A stretch of DNA of 62,216 bases, from positions 1 to 62,216 of IMG/VR virus record IMGVR_UViG_3300046357_000001, one strand, 5' to 3'. Below the pieces are notes generated by a model that worked only from the letters and a program-made list of their open reading frames with translations, ran no database searches and was not told the origin of the DNA. How positions within the stretch are numbered: position 1 is the first letter of the stretch; each line of letters opens with the position of its first letter. The position numbers and the translations under genes were made by a program. Below, piece after piece: positions 53,933 to 62,216 of the stretch. Source of the stretch: a virus (Duplodnaviria > Caudoviricetes).

Positions 53933-53959
53933 ACCATTCCTTTTTAAATTAAACACCCG

Positions 53960-55048
53960 TCACTCTTTGTACAACGTATCGAACACAGTGCATAGCAAAG
54001 TGGTGGCATCGTACGTCTTGGCCAAGTCCATCATCTTATCAATCACACCATCCGTCAGACGCCGCGCATCAAGAAACTTTACGGCTTGCTCAGGATCATC
54101 TGGGTACACCGACTCACCGACCATATAGAACAACTCATCCGTATACCCATCACGCGCATCCATCAGGGCGTAGCGTATGTCGTCCATCTCGAAGTCTTGG
54201 TCGCCATGCAACGCATCGTTGTACGTATAGGCGCCGTAGTCATACACCCCCGTACCCCACGACTTAACCTCGGACACCTTGGGGTCACGCTCAACAGGCA
54301 ACGTGTCCCAGTCGAACATCAGTATCGCCAAAGATAACGCTTGGAAGTGCGCCACATCAAGATACTCACGGTCTCCGTGCTCGTTGTAGTACCCCGTAGA
54401 GATGTTCGTACACTCAGGGATGTTGTCCACAAACTCGGCCGTATCCGTATAGACACCGCTGTCGTCAGTCGTGTACATCATGTAGTAGTCATCGCCATTG
54501 ATCGCACCTGCTAACGCTTGGCCGAACGTATCCGAACAGCACCGACCATATCCTTGATGTGTGATGACACTATCCGTACCCCTGCGGTCAAACGCAATCG
54601 CCCTATCGAACTGATCTAACAACTCGGGGTTGTACTTGGCTATGTGCTTAGCCCCAATGCCGCCACACTCCTCGCCCTGCGTGAACACATAGTAGCCAGC
54701 CACACCCTCGTGCATCATGTGCATGAGCAGAGCAACACCAGCACCATCATCCGCACCAAGGCATGAGTTGGGCGCGGCACGCCAGCTATGCGTCTTCTTG
54801 TTCTTCTCCTTGATGATAGGGTTCGCACCCTCGACACGATGCACAGTGTCCACATGCGCCACGAACAGCGTCTTGTGTAGTGCAGTGGTACGCGCATCCA
54901 CGTGCAGGTTGCCGCACGTATCCACCCACGTCTTCTCTTGCAAGTACTCAGGCACAGCAGTAGCTAGCCACTCTGTGAAGTCTGCGACACCTGCCCCACC
55001 ATGAGGGCGTTTAACGGACAGGGCGCGTTGTAATGTAGTCATCAACAT
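53960..55048 (-). CDS. M20/M28-clan Zn peptidase-like protein
   Basis: AHVDTV, LGADD, GEECG, FDRRG, YTD, NEH metal-ligand motifs. Confidence 0.85.
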   Translation of the reverse strand: MLMTTLQRALSVKRPHGGAGVADFTEWLATAVPEYLQEKTWVDTCGNLHVDARTTALHKTLFVAHVDTVHRVEGANPIIKEKNKKTHSWRAAPNSCLGADDGAGVALLMHMMHEGVAGYYVFTQGEECGGIGAKHIAKYNPELLDQFDRAIAFDRRGTDSVITHQGYGRCCSDTFGQALAGAINGDDYYMMYTTDDSGVYTDTAEFVDNIPECTNISTGYYNEHGDREYLDVAHFQALSLAILMFDWDTLPVERDPKVSEVKSWGTGVYDYGAYTYNDALHGDQDFEMDDIRYALMDARDGYTDELFYMVGESVYPDDPEQAVKFLDARRLTDGVIDKMMDLAKTYDATTLLCTVFDTLYKE

Positions 55049-55050
55049 AA

Positions 55051-56541
55051 TTATTCTCCAGTAGTTTCGTTTGTTGTTTCTTCTTCGTCATCAGTCTCAG
55101 GCTCAGGCGCGTGGTCGGGGTGATACTTCTTGCCGTCTACCTCGACAAACTCAACGTCATCGCTGTAATAGTTACCCGACCCCTCGCACAACCACGCGTT
55201 GTCCTCGTGGCACATCTCCCCATCGGCTAACTGCACAAGGTTGTCCCGCAACGCATACTCGTTGTTGTAGTCGTCGTAGCACACGCGCACATCATCGCAG
55301 TGGTAGTACTCCCCAGCGGACTCAACGTGAACCGCGTTATCCATCGTGCAGTAATCTCCGTCCTCTAACTGCACGATGTCGTTGTCACTAAGGTAGTCCT
55401 CGTCATAGGACTCATAACCAACCGACACCACTTGGTTATTATGTAGGTGGTAGTTGTTACCTCGACGACCCATCACATACGTATAGTTGTCGTCGCAACA
55501 GGGCTGACACACCATGTATTCGCCGTCCCTGCCTATCCAGCACTCATCCCCATTATCTACTCGAGCACCGCAGTCCTCACATGTCGAACAATTGTCATAA
55601 GCACACGTACCGTCTGTGCTCTCGCACCGATACTCACCACCATCGGTAACAACCAAGACCTTCTTGGAGTCCCGCGTGGTGATGTTCACGTTCTTGACGT
55701 TGCCGTCCAGATACGGAGCTACGGGTACGTCATGGCGACCACTGTAGTACGCCATCTCACAATCCTCCCAACTCCCCGCATGTGAGTAGCCCTGCTCTTT
55801 CAGCCACGCATTGAGCTGGTCGTCTGCCTGTGAGTAGCTAGAACTCCGCGAGGGGCGCAGGTATGTACGCACAAACAATTTCATATCGCCCCTGTCGTAC
55901 ACCAAGGCACGGCCAACAACCTCACCACCTTCCTCACGCATAGCCATACCCCAACCGAGAAGCGGGTCGTAGCATTTGTAAGGGTGGCTGTCGAGGTCAA
56001 CCTCGCCGCCGTCATTCCATCGCATACATGAGTGAGGGCCACGTTGCAACACATCCACCATCTCGGCCAGCGTCCACACTATCTTGCACCCCGTCACGCT
56101 GTACGCGGCCACTACGTTGCGCACCTCATGGTCAGGCAGTTGCGGGAAGTGGCGCGTTAAGTACTTACCAAGGCTAGTCACTGTCTGCAAGTCAACCTCA
56201 CCCTTCTTCTCGTTCTGGGTATACGCTACACGGTTGCGGTCTGACTCGGCCTGATGCGGGTACTCCATGACCAACTGTTGCCAGTCAAGCGGACGATAGT
56301 CACCGAGCAACTTATCCACCGCAGGGTGTAAGCGAAAGCGGTTCTGCAAGTTACTGTGCCACCGGTTCATAGGCGGTGTGTGTTGCACGAAGCCGTCGTT
56401 GTACGAGGACATAGTTCCATCGACATCCATGTATGCACGGAAGCGGTCAACGATCCGACTCACGCCCACACGCATTAGTTGCAGTGCGACATGCACATTG
56501 GTCTGCACATTCAAGGCTTCAAGTTTGTTTGTATTTTCCAT
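55051..56541 (-). CDS. Large early protein with Cys/Asp-rich C-terminal repeats
   Basis: HSCM...GRALV...PYLD, then CEDC...CQPC and acidic repeats. Confidence 0.75.
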   Translation of the reverse strand: MENTNKLEALNVQTNVHVALQLMRVGVSRIVDRFRAYMDVDGTMSSYNDGFVQHTPPMNRWHSNLQNRFRLHPAVDKLLGDYRPLDWQQLVMEYPHQAESDRNRVAYTQNEKKGEVDLQTVTSLGKYLTRHFPQLPDHEVRNVVAAYSVTGCKIVWTLAEMVDVLQRGPHSCMRWNDGGEVDLDSHPYKCYDPLLGWGMAMREEGGEVVGRALVYDRGDMKLFVRTYLRPSRSSSYSQADDQLNAWLKEQGYSHAGSWEDCEMAYYSGRHDVPVAPYLDGNVKNVNITTRDSKKVLVVTDGGEYRCESTDGTCAYDNCSTCEDCGARVDNGDECWIGRDGEYMVCQPCCDDNYTYVMGRRGNNYHLHNNQVVSVGYESYDEDYLSDNDIVQLEDGDYCTMDNAVHVESAGEYYHCDDVRVCYDDYNNEYALRDNLVQLADGEMCHEDNAWLCEGSGNYYSDDVEFVEVDGKKYHPDHAPEPETDDEEETTNETTGE

Positions 56542-56612
56542 TTGATTCTTTCATTTACATTTAAAAACGGGTCACTGTGACCCGACAGATGGGGACATAT
56601 GCCCCCACTACC

Positions 56613-56780
56613 TCAACCTGCTACCACCTCCTTCATCAACTGCAACCCTGTCTGGTTGGCTAGTGTCAGGATGAGCGCCATCGTCAGCTCATCGAACTCT
56701 ACGTCTGTCTGCACCTCTGGCTGTTGCACGAGCATGGCCACAACCTTGCCGTCTGCTGTCTTTATGATTACTGTTTTCAT
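56613..56780 (-). CDS. Small hypothetical protein (55 aa)
   Basis: MKTVIIKTADGK..., AAGGAG RBS, ATGA coupling. Confidence 0.5.
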   Translation of the reverse strand: MKTVIIKTADGKVVAMLVQQPEVQTDVEFDELTMALILTLANQTGLQLMKEVVAG

Positions 56781-57010
56781 GCTGTCTCTCCTTGTGTTGA
56801 TTCTTCGATTACCCTGAACTCAAGCTGTTCCCATTCCCCCCACCTGTACTCAGCGTCATAGTACGCGCCGTTGTAGCAACGTGGGTCGTTCAAGTGCAGT
56901 TGTTTACTGCGTGTCATCATTCCGTATGTCTGCATCTCTATCTCCATCGGCCAGTACAGGGAAGGTATGCGGCTTGGCCAGCTCCGCACACCCTTGGTGC
57001 TATGTAGCAC
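56777..57010 (-). CDS. Small hypothetical protein
   Basis: DPRCYNGAYY; start uncertain. Confidence 0.45.
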   Translation of the reverse strand: MLHSTKGVRSWPSRIPSLYWPMEIEMQTYGMMTRSKQLHLNDPRCYNGAYYDAEYRWGEWEQLEFRVIEESTQGETA

Positions 57011-57042
57011 CGAAAATCTCGGGTCACAGTGACCCGTTATCG

Positions 57043-57207
57043 CTAAACACCCGTCACCCTTTGAAGAACCCCGCCAGCTTTCGCCCGCATTTGTGCTCGT
57101 CTATGACGCGATGCGCCCAGTAGTTGTGGGTTGCCCGACCTATCTCCATGCCGCGCCAGTGACCACACTTGGTAGTCGCATTCGGTATACCCGCATTGTC
57201 GTTTCAT
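57043..57207 (-). CDS. Small hypothetical protein
   Basis: MKRQCGYTECDYQVW... after GGAGG, coupled to the upstream stop. Confidence 0.5.
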   Translation of the reverse strand: MKRQCGYTECDYQVWSLARHGDRSGNPQLLGASRHRRAQMRAKAGGVLQRVTGV

Positions 57208-57935
57208 GATTCCTCCACGTTGTTGAAAAACCCATGCCACGTCACCGGCACGGCATCGCCTGCCTTCATGTCTGATATCCACACGATAGCCTGTTTGATG
57301 TTAGACACGGCGGTATTCGCTTGGTCTATCTTGTCGTAGATACCCGCCATTTCAGCGGCTTGCACCTTGCGTATGGCTACATCCAGCTCCTTATTGGTAC
57401 GCAAGGTCAGGCGTTCATGCAACCCCGCCCATAACGGCTTAGGTATAACCCGTTCGAAGGGTAGTTTCTTCTTGGCCTTGAGCTTGTAGGGTATGGCATC
57501 GAACATCTGCGCTATCGTTAGCTTCTTGGATGGGCTAAGCCAGTCCGTCCAGTGCGCCCCATTGTTTGGGCGATTGTTTGCCTTGGCTATTTGATAGGGC
57601 GTGAACGCTTGCTTGTGTTGTTCGAGGGTCATTTTGCCCACCAAATTGTCGAGGCACGCTATGTACGCACTCAGTGCAAGGTGTCTCTCTTTCGAGGCTT
57701 GGTACTTGAGCAACCCATAAACAACCTTGCGCTCGTACTTCAACGGCGACATCAACTCATCCCACATACGGCTGTGCTGATGATTCTTCCCGCGCTCAAC
57801 ACGCAACTCCGCTTTCTGCTCAGCAATGATGCGGATTATTTCCCCGCTTGCCATTGGTGGGAGCTTGCGTTTGAGCAGGTGGTTTCTTAGTTCATTTTCG
57901 GTGAGCTTCATGTAATGACGGTAGCGCAACTTCAT
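57204..57935 (-). CDS. Basic hypothetical protein
   Basis: 243 aa, GAHWTDW...PFER...TWHG. Confidence 0.7.
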   Translation of the reverse strand: MKLRYRHYMKLTENELRNHLLKRKLPPMASGEIIRIIAEQKAELRVERGKNHQHSRMWDELMSPLKYERKVVYGLLKYQASKERHLALSAYIACLDNLVGKMTLEQHKQAFTPYQIAKANNRPNNGAHWTDWLSPSKKLTIAQMFDAIPYKLKAKKKLPFERVIPKPLWAGLHERLTLRTNKELDVAIRKVQAAEMAGIYDKIDQANTAVSNIKQAIVWISDMKAGDAVPVTWHGFFNNVEES

Positions 57936-57980
57936 GATTAATCTTTCGCAGTGACAGGATGAGACATTTTAGCATGTAAA

Positions 57981-58272
57981 GTGTCCAGAGTATTCTTAGT
58001 GGCTACCAACCTAGACAGGCTGTGTGCCGCATAAACGCTTGGTTGTGTGGGTATACCGTCCTAGGTATCTATCGTTTTGAGAATGAGCCATTACCCAAAG
58101 ACAAAAAGAGCAAGGCTTACGGGAAAAGGCGGGCTTGTCCAGATATGAACATCCCCCTATATATAAATAGATTTAAAAAGATATATATATAGGACGCTTT
58201 TCGACGCTCGCCAGTGTTCATGCGGGGTGTGGCTTGTCTAGGTTGGTAGCCAGTTGGAATAATGACGGATAC
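57981..58272. repeat. Long imperfect inverted repeat around an AT-rich core
   Basis: 58001-58020 ggctaccaacctagacaggc matches the reverse complement of 58232-58251 at 19/20, with weaker similarity extending on both sides. Confidence 0.85.
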
Positions 58273-58319
58273 CCTCGGACAACCATCATTATTCCCGATT
58301 CGGGTCACGGTGACCCGAT

Positions 58320-58538
58320 TTACCACAAGGGTAGCTGTGCTGGCACAGCCTTCGACCAGCGCACGTAGTCAGGTTGGTCTTTGAACACGACGCCCATACG
58401 CTCGGGCGAGTGCCGCTTGAAGACGTATACGAGGCACTGTGTGCCGCCGTTGGGGTAGTAGTGTTGCACCCAGTAGTGGTGCGTGCCGATGGTGACTGCG
58501 CCTATGTCTTCAATGCGTGGGGCGTGTAGAGTTCGCAT
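58320..58538 (-). CDS. Small early protein
   Basis: MRTLHAPRIEDIG... after AGGAG. Confidence 0.6.
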   Translation of the reverse strand: MRTLHAPRIEDIGAVTIGTHHYWVQHYYPNGGTQCLVYVFKRHSPERMGVVFKDQPDYVRWSKAVPAQLPLW

Positions 58539-58540
58539 GG

Positions 58541-58714
58541 TTATTCTCCTGTGAATGTGAAAGCGGCGCAGAGGTTGACGCCTGCAGCTACGAGCATGGC
58601 TTGGTTTAGGTAGCCGTCCCCTTCGACGCCAATGATGATGAGGGTTGCGCCTAATAGCGCGGTGATGATTGATTGGATGCGGGTCATGGTGTAGGTTTGA
58701 GTGTGGTATGACAT
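58541..58714 (-). CDS. Small two-TM protein (57 aa)
   Basis: MSYHTQTYTMTRIQSIITALLGATLIIIG..., read manually. Confidence 0.5.
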   Translation of the reverse strand: MSYHTQTYTMTRIQSIITALLGATLIIIGVEGDGYLNQAMLVAAGVNLCAAFTFTGE

Positions 58715-58804
58715 AGGTTTCTTTCAGAGTTGGACAATATTTGAAACACCGCGAGACCCTCGCATTCAGAGCCACGCGGAGAATTTCGGGTCACAGTGAC
58801 CCGA

Positions 58805-59176
58805 TTAGAGAGCTTTGATGACGGCGCGCTGCTGCGCGGCAGTCAGCTTGCCCATAGCCTTAATCATGGCTGCAACGGGGTCGTGTTCTTTCTTGGCACT
58901 GACGGCGCGGCGTGTAGTTCCAGCCATCATGTGCATCACGTCACGCACGACGGTCTTGGTTGTCTCGTATTTCTTGTGGCTAGAGTCGAGCGTAACCTTG
59001 CCATTGGCCTTCACATTGAATGATGCGCCGGTCTTGGCACATGCCCATTCGATCGTGACGTCACGGGCCGTCTCAAGCGTGTATCCTGCCTTATGCATAC
59101 CGTCTATAAGCGTGACGCGGCTATCCGCGAAGGTGTCGAGTACTTTGAATGCTTGGGTCTTGTTTGCGTTTGTCAT
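58805..59176 (-). CDS. First early gene, hypothetical
   Basis: AGGT RBS, 123 aa. Confidence 0.7.
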   Translation of the reverse strand: MTNANKTQAFKVLDTFADSRVTLIDGMHKAGYTLETARDVTIEWACAKTGASFNVKANGKVTLDSSHKKYETTKTVVRDVMHMMAGTTRRAVSAKKEHDPVAAMIKAMGKLTAAQQRAVIKAL

Positions 59177-59574
59177 GGTGTTACCTATTGAGTTAAGTTA
59201 ATGCGGCAAGAGCTATCCCCTACCGCTAACTCTATTGTGTGGAAGGGGGAACTATGGCGTTATGAATCGGGTCACTGTGACCTCCACCACGGGGGTACAA
59301 CCCCTTTTAGAGGACGTAGGGCATTGCCGCCATAAACACTGTTTTGCAACCATCCTGAGTATTTCTGTAGTTCTTTATAACTAAGCCAATCCAGGACACC
59401 ACCCCCTATCAAAACTTTGCCCCTACCCAAAAAATTTCTAGAAAATTTAGAAAAACCTCGTGTCTAACGATGTACACTGTGGATGTCGGTGGCCAATGGA
59501 GAGGCTTGGCTTAAATGAGGAGCTGTTGGCAGCACGCGAAAGCGGAAAAGAGGAACTACCAGCCGACAACACCT

Positions 59575-59650
59575 TGGCATATAGCTCAGTTGGTAGAGCG
59601 CCGGACTGTTAATCCGTAGGTCCTTGGTTCGAGCCCAAGTTTGCCAGCCA
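59575..59650 (+). tRNA. tRNA-Asn (GTT)
   Basis: 76-nt cloverleaf: TAGCTCAGTTGGTAGAGC D-arm, CGGA-CTGTTAA-TCCG anticodon arm, GGTTCGAGCC T-arm, encoded CCA. One T:T mismatch in the acceptor stem. Confidence 0.93.
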
Positions 59651-59654
59651 AACA

Positions 59655-59688
59655 AAAAAAAACCCCCGGCCATTTCTGACTGGGGGTT
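59655..59688 (-). terminator. Terminator-like hairpin, T-run on the - strand
   Basis: A-run followed by ccccggc...gactggggg. Confidence 0.5.
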
Positions 59689-59724
59689 GAAGAGTCCGGA
59701 AAGACCCGTAGGAGAAGCAACAGC

Positions 59725-59754
59725 TTGCGCCGCCACCGGAAGTTAGTGTACACT
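59725..59754 (+). promoter_or_regulatory. sigma70-like promoter upstream of terS
   Basis: TTGCGC-18 nt-TACACT. Confidence 0.5.
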
Positions 59755-59793
59755 CCGGCATCGGGTAACGCAACCCGCCCCCATTAGGAAAAA

Positions 59794-60435
59794 ATGCTGG
59801 ACCACTTGTTAGATTTTGAGCCCCCAGTGCACGAGCACTCGGCGAAGGCGGTTAAACCTTTGGAGAAGATTTCTCCCGAGGCGACACTCAATGCTCAAGT
59901 TAACACAACCGCTTGGCTCGAAAAGCTAGGCGTAGACGACGATGACAAGGCGCTCAAAGAAGCCAACGCCAAGGCTGCACAAAAAGTTTTTACTGCGTTG
60001 TCTACCAACGCATCCGTGACTGACACGAAAAATCAGCTCACCCAGATCAAGACGCCAGAGGCCGTGCGCCACTTGGTGGCTATGCTGTCAGCATACGATT
60101 GGGAGTTTGTAGAGCAAGCCAAGAACTTGCGCGGCATGGCCGTGGCAAAGATTCTTGAAGAGACGAACCATCCTGACGCCCGCATCCGGCTTAAAGCTCT
60201 GGACATGCTGGGACGCATCACGGAGGTGGCACTGTTCACGGAACGCATCGAGGTCAAGAAGACCGACATGGCCGACCACGAGATCGACGCTAGGATCAAA
60301 GAGAAACTCAACCGTTTCATGGGCGTAGTGGATGTCGAGGACGTGTACGAAAATCGCCCAGAAATCGACACGTCGGCGGAACATGTTGATAAGAACGACA
60401 CAAATGAACCTGAACAAGCTCAACCTGACGCCTAA
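59794..60435 (+). CDS. Putative terminase small subunit
   Basis: Directly upstream of terL; RLKALDMLGR...LFTERIEV. Confidence 0.65.
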   Translation: MLDHLLDFEPPVHEHSAKAVKPLEKISPEATLNAQVNTTAWLEKLGVDDDDKALKEANAKAAQKVFTALSTNASVTDTKNQLTQIKTPEAVRHLVAMLSAYDWEFVEQAKNLRGMAVAKILEETNHPDARIRLKALDMLGRITEVALFTERIEVKKTDMADHEIDARIKEKLNRFMGVVDVEDVYENRPEIDTSAEHVDKNDTNEPEQAQPDA

Positions 60436-61942
60436 AGAAGCGCAGGCTCTCCAGCTTGCACTGCCGTCGATGACGGTAGCGGAGAAAATCGAGCTGATGG
60501 ATATGCTGGAGGAACGCGAACGCCGCGCCTCGATGTACGGTGCCCGTGGGAACATGTTGGACTTTGCCAAGCACGTCTATCCCGGCTTCAAAGTTGGGCC
60601 ACAGCACAGAAAACTGGCCAAAATATTCCAAGATGTGATCGACGGCAAGAAAAAGCGCGTCATCATCAACATCGCGCCACGTATGGGTAAGTCTGAGTTC
60701 AGCTCATACCTGTTTCCTGCCTACTTTTTAGGCAATTTCCCCAACAAGAAGATCATCATGGGCACCCACACTGCGGGCTTGTCCGAGGATTTTGGCCGTC
60801 GGGTCCGTAACTTGCTGGGCACCGAGGACTACCGTGAAGTCTTTAAGAACACTGAGATTGCGTCCGACCAGAGCGCTGCTGGCAAGTGGTCTACAAGCGC
60901 TGGCGGTCAGTACTATGCTGCTGGTGTTGGGGGCGCTCTTGCTGGCCGTGGTGCTGACTTGTTCGTTATTGATGATCCACACTCGGAGCAGGACGTCAAA
61001 ATCAACTCGCGTCTAGCGTTTGACACTGCGTGGTCTTGGTTCCAGACTGGCCCGTTGCAGCGTCTGATGCCGGGCGGGGCGATCATCGTCATCATGACTC
61101 GTTGGTCGAAGCTAGACTTGACCGGCCGGTTGATCGAGTACCAGACCAAGAACCCCGAGTCTATACCTTGGGAGATCGTGGAGCTGCCGGCCATCCTGAA
61201 TGAAGGCACGGAGAATGAGAAGTCCCTCTGGCCGGAGCAGTGGCCGTTGGCCACATTGAAGGCAACCAAGGCCTCGATCGACCCGCAGTACTGGAACGCC
61301 CAGTACATGCAGCAGCCCACGTCTAATAATGCAGCGATCATCTCCCGTAAGAGCTGGCGCATCTGGGAGAGTGACGAACCGCCACGTTGCGACTACATCA
61401 TCCAGTCGTGGGATACCGCGTTCGAGACCAAGACCACATCTGACTACTCAGCCTGCACCACGTGGGGGGTCTTCTACAACGAGGAAGAGAACAACACGCC
61501 CCAAGTAATACTGCTGGATGCCTTCAAAGACCGCATGACGTTCCCCGACTTGAAAATATCGGCGCTTAAGCACTACAAAGAGTGGGAACCAGACGCGTTC
61601 ATTATTGAGAAGAAGGCATCCGGTGGCCCTTTGATCCAAGAGTTGCGCAACATGGGCATACCGGTGCAGGAGTTCAGCCCGTCCCGTGGCAACGACAAAG
61701 TTGTCCGTGTAAACGCCATTGCGGACCTGTTTGCATCTGGGACTGTGTGGGCACCGGACACCCGCTGGGCACGGGAAGTGATTGAAGAAGTGGCGTCGTT
61801 CCCGAACGGCGACCACGACGACTACGTTGATACCACCAGTCAAGCCCTATTAAGGTTTAGACAAGGGGGCTTCATTTCTTTAGAATCGGACGAACGCGAT
61901 GAACCGAAGATGTTCCGCCGCCGTACCCACGCATACTATTAA
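60404..61942 (+). CDS. terL: Terminase large subunit
   Basis: APRMGKS Walker A, FVIDDPH Walker B, MTRW, QSWDTA, IIEKKASG, HDDYVD. Confidence 0.95.
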   Translation: MNLNKLNLTPKEAQALQLALPSMTVAEKIELMDMLEERERRASMYGARGNMLDFAKHVYPGFKVGPQHRKLAKIFQDVIDGKKKRVIINIAPRMGKSEFSSYLFPAYFLGNFPNKKIIMGTHTAGLSEDFGRRVRNLLGTEDYREVFKNTEIASDQSAAGKWSTSAGGQYYAAGVGGALAGRGADLFVIDDPHSEQDVKINSRLAFDTAWSWFQTGPLQRLMPGGAIIVIMTRWSKLDLTGRLIEYQTKNPESIPWEIVELPAILNEGTENEKSLWPEQWPLATLKATKASIDPQYWNAQYMQQPTSNNAAIISRKSWRIWESDEPPRCDYIIQSWDTAFETKTTSDYSACTTWGVFYNEEENNTPQVILLDAFKDRMTFPDLKISALKHYKEWEPDAFIIEKKASGGPLIQELRNMGIPVQEFSPSRGNDKVVRVNAIADLFASGTVWAPDTRWAREVIEEVASFPNGDHDDYVDTTSQALLRFRQGGFISLESDERDEPKMFRRRTHAYY

Positions 61943-62216
61943 GGACCACCATGGCCATCGACAAATCCCTGTACCAAGCCCCTGCGGGCATTGACTCTCT
62001 ATCGCAAGATGAGGAGCCGATCGAAATCGAAATTGTTGATCCCGAAGAAGTCAACATTCACGCGGGTGACTTGGAGATCAGCATTGGCAAAGAAGAAGAC
62101 GGCGACGAAGGCTTCAATGACAACCTCGCCGAGTACATGGACGAAGGCGCCATGCAGTCACTGGCTGGTGAGCTGTCCGGTTCAATCGACCAAGACAAGG
62201 CCAGCCGCAAAGACTG
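61634..62216. repeat. Right copy of terminal direct repeat
   Basis: See 1..587. Confidence 0.95.
61951..62216 (+). CDS. Portal N-terminal fragment (variant allele, truncated by window end)
   Basis: MAIDKSLYQAPAGIDSLSQDEEP versus MAFDKALTQAPMGIDALAQDEEP at 319. Confidence 0.9.
   Translation, partial: MAIDKSLYQAPAGIDSLSQDEEPIEIEIVDPEEVNIHAGDLEISIGKEEDGDEGFNDNLAEYMDEGAMQSLAGELSGSIDQDKASRKD

Larger units (their letters stand above)
56568..59284. repeat. Five dispersed copies of 17-bp palindrome CGGGTCAC-N-GTGACCCG
   Basis: 56568-56584, 57020-57036, 58301-58317, 58787-58803 and 59268-59284 (last copy degenerate at its 3' end). Confidence 0.92.

Noticed and set aside
56568-59284. Palindromic repeats as a CRISPR array with the Cas4-like gene
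   Set aside because: Repeats are 17 bp and separated by hundreds of bases containing genes. The Cas4-like nuclease is a common phage replication exonuclease.
59575-59650. tRNA as a prophage attachment site
   Set aside because: No integrase, no duplicated tRNA 3' end and no host genes; the contig is circular.

Overview
The window is an apparently complete, circularly permuted dsDNA tailed-phage genome with podovirus-like gene content. The unit length is about 61,633 bp, because 1..587 reappears as a non-identical copy at 61634..62216. The + strand carries tRNA-Asn, the terminases, portal, a GroES-like protein, scaffold, a Mu-gpT-like major capsid, adaptor and tail genes, a lysis cassette (Rz with embedded Rz1, GH19 endolysin) and internal/ejection proteins including a 2905-aa protein. 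The - strand carries early genes and a replication module: family A DNA polymerase, Cas4-like exonuclease, SNF2 helicase, SSB and a DUF927 primase-helicase. I saw no integrase, CRISPR array or reverse transcriptase. A Gram-negative host follows from the spanins; a freshwater Betaproteobacterium is an unverified guess. The most striking observation concerns the two inteins, one in the helicase Walker B motif and one in polymerase motif B. Neither has a recognisable in-frame homing endonuclease. Each instead contains a complete endonuclease ORF overprinted in a different reading frame on the same strand: DUF559/Vsr-like in the +1 frame of the helicase intein and HNH-like in the +2 frame of the polymerase intein. 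Other observations are free-standing GIY-YIG and EndoVII homing endonucleases with insertion footprints, five copies of a 17-bp palindrome in the early region, a long inverted repeat that may be an origin, and several candidate structured RNAs. All family calls come from reading motifs by eye; no database searches were run.
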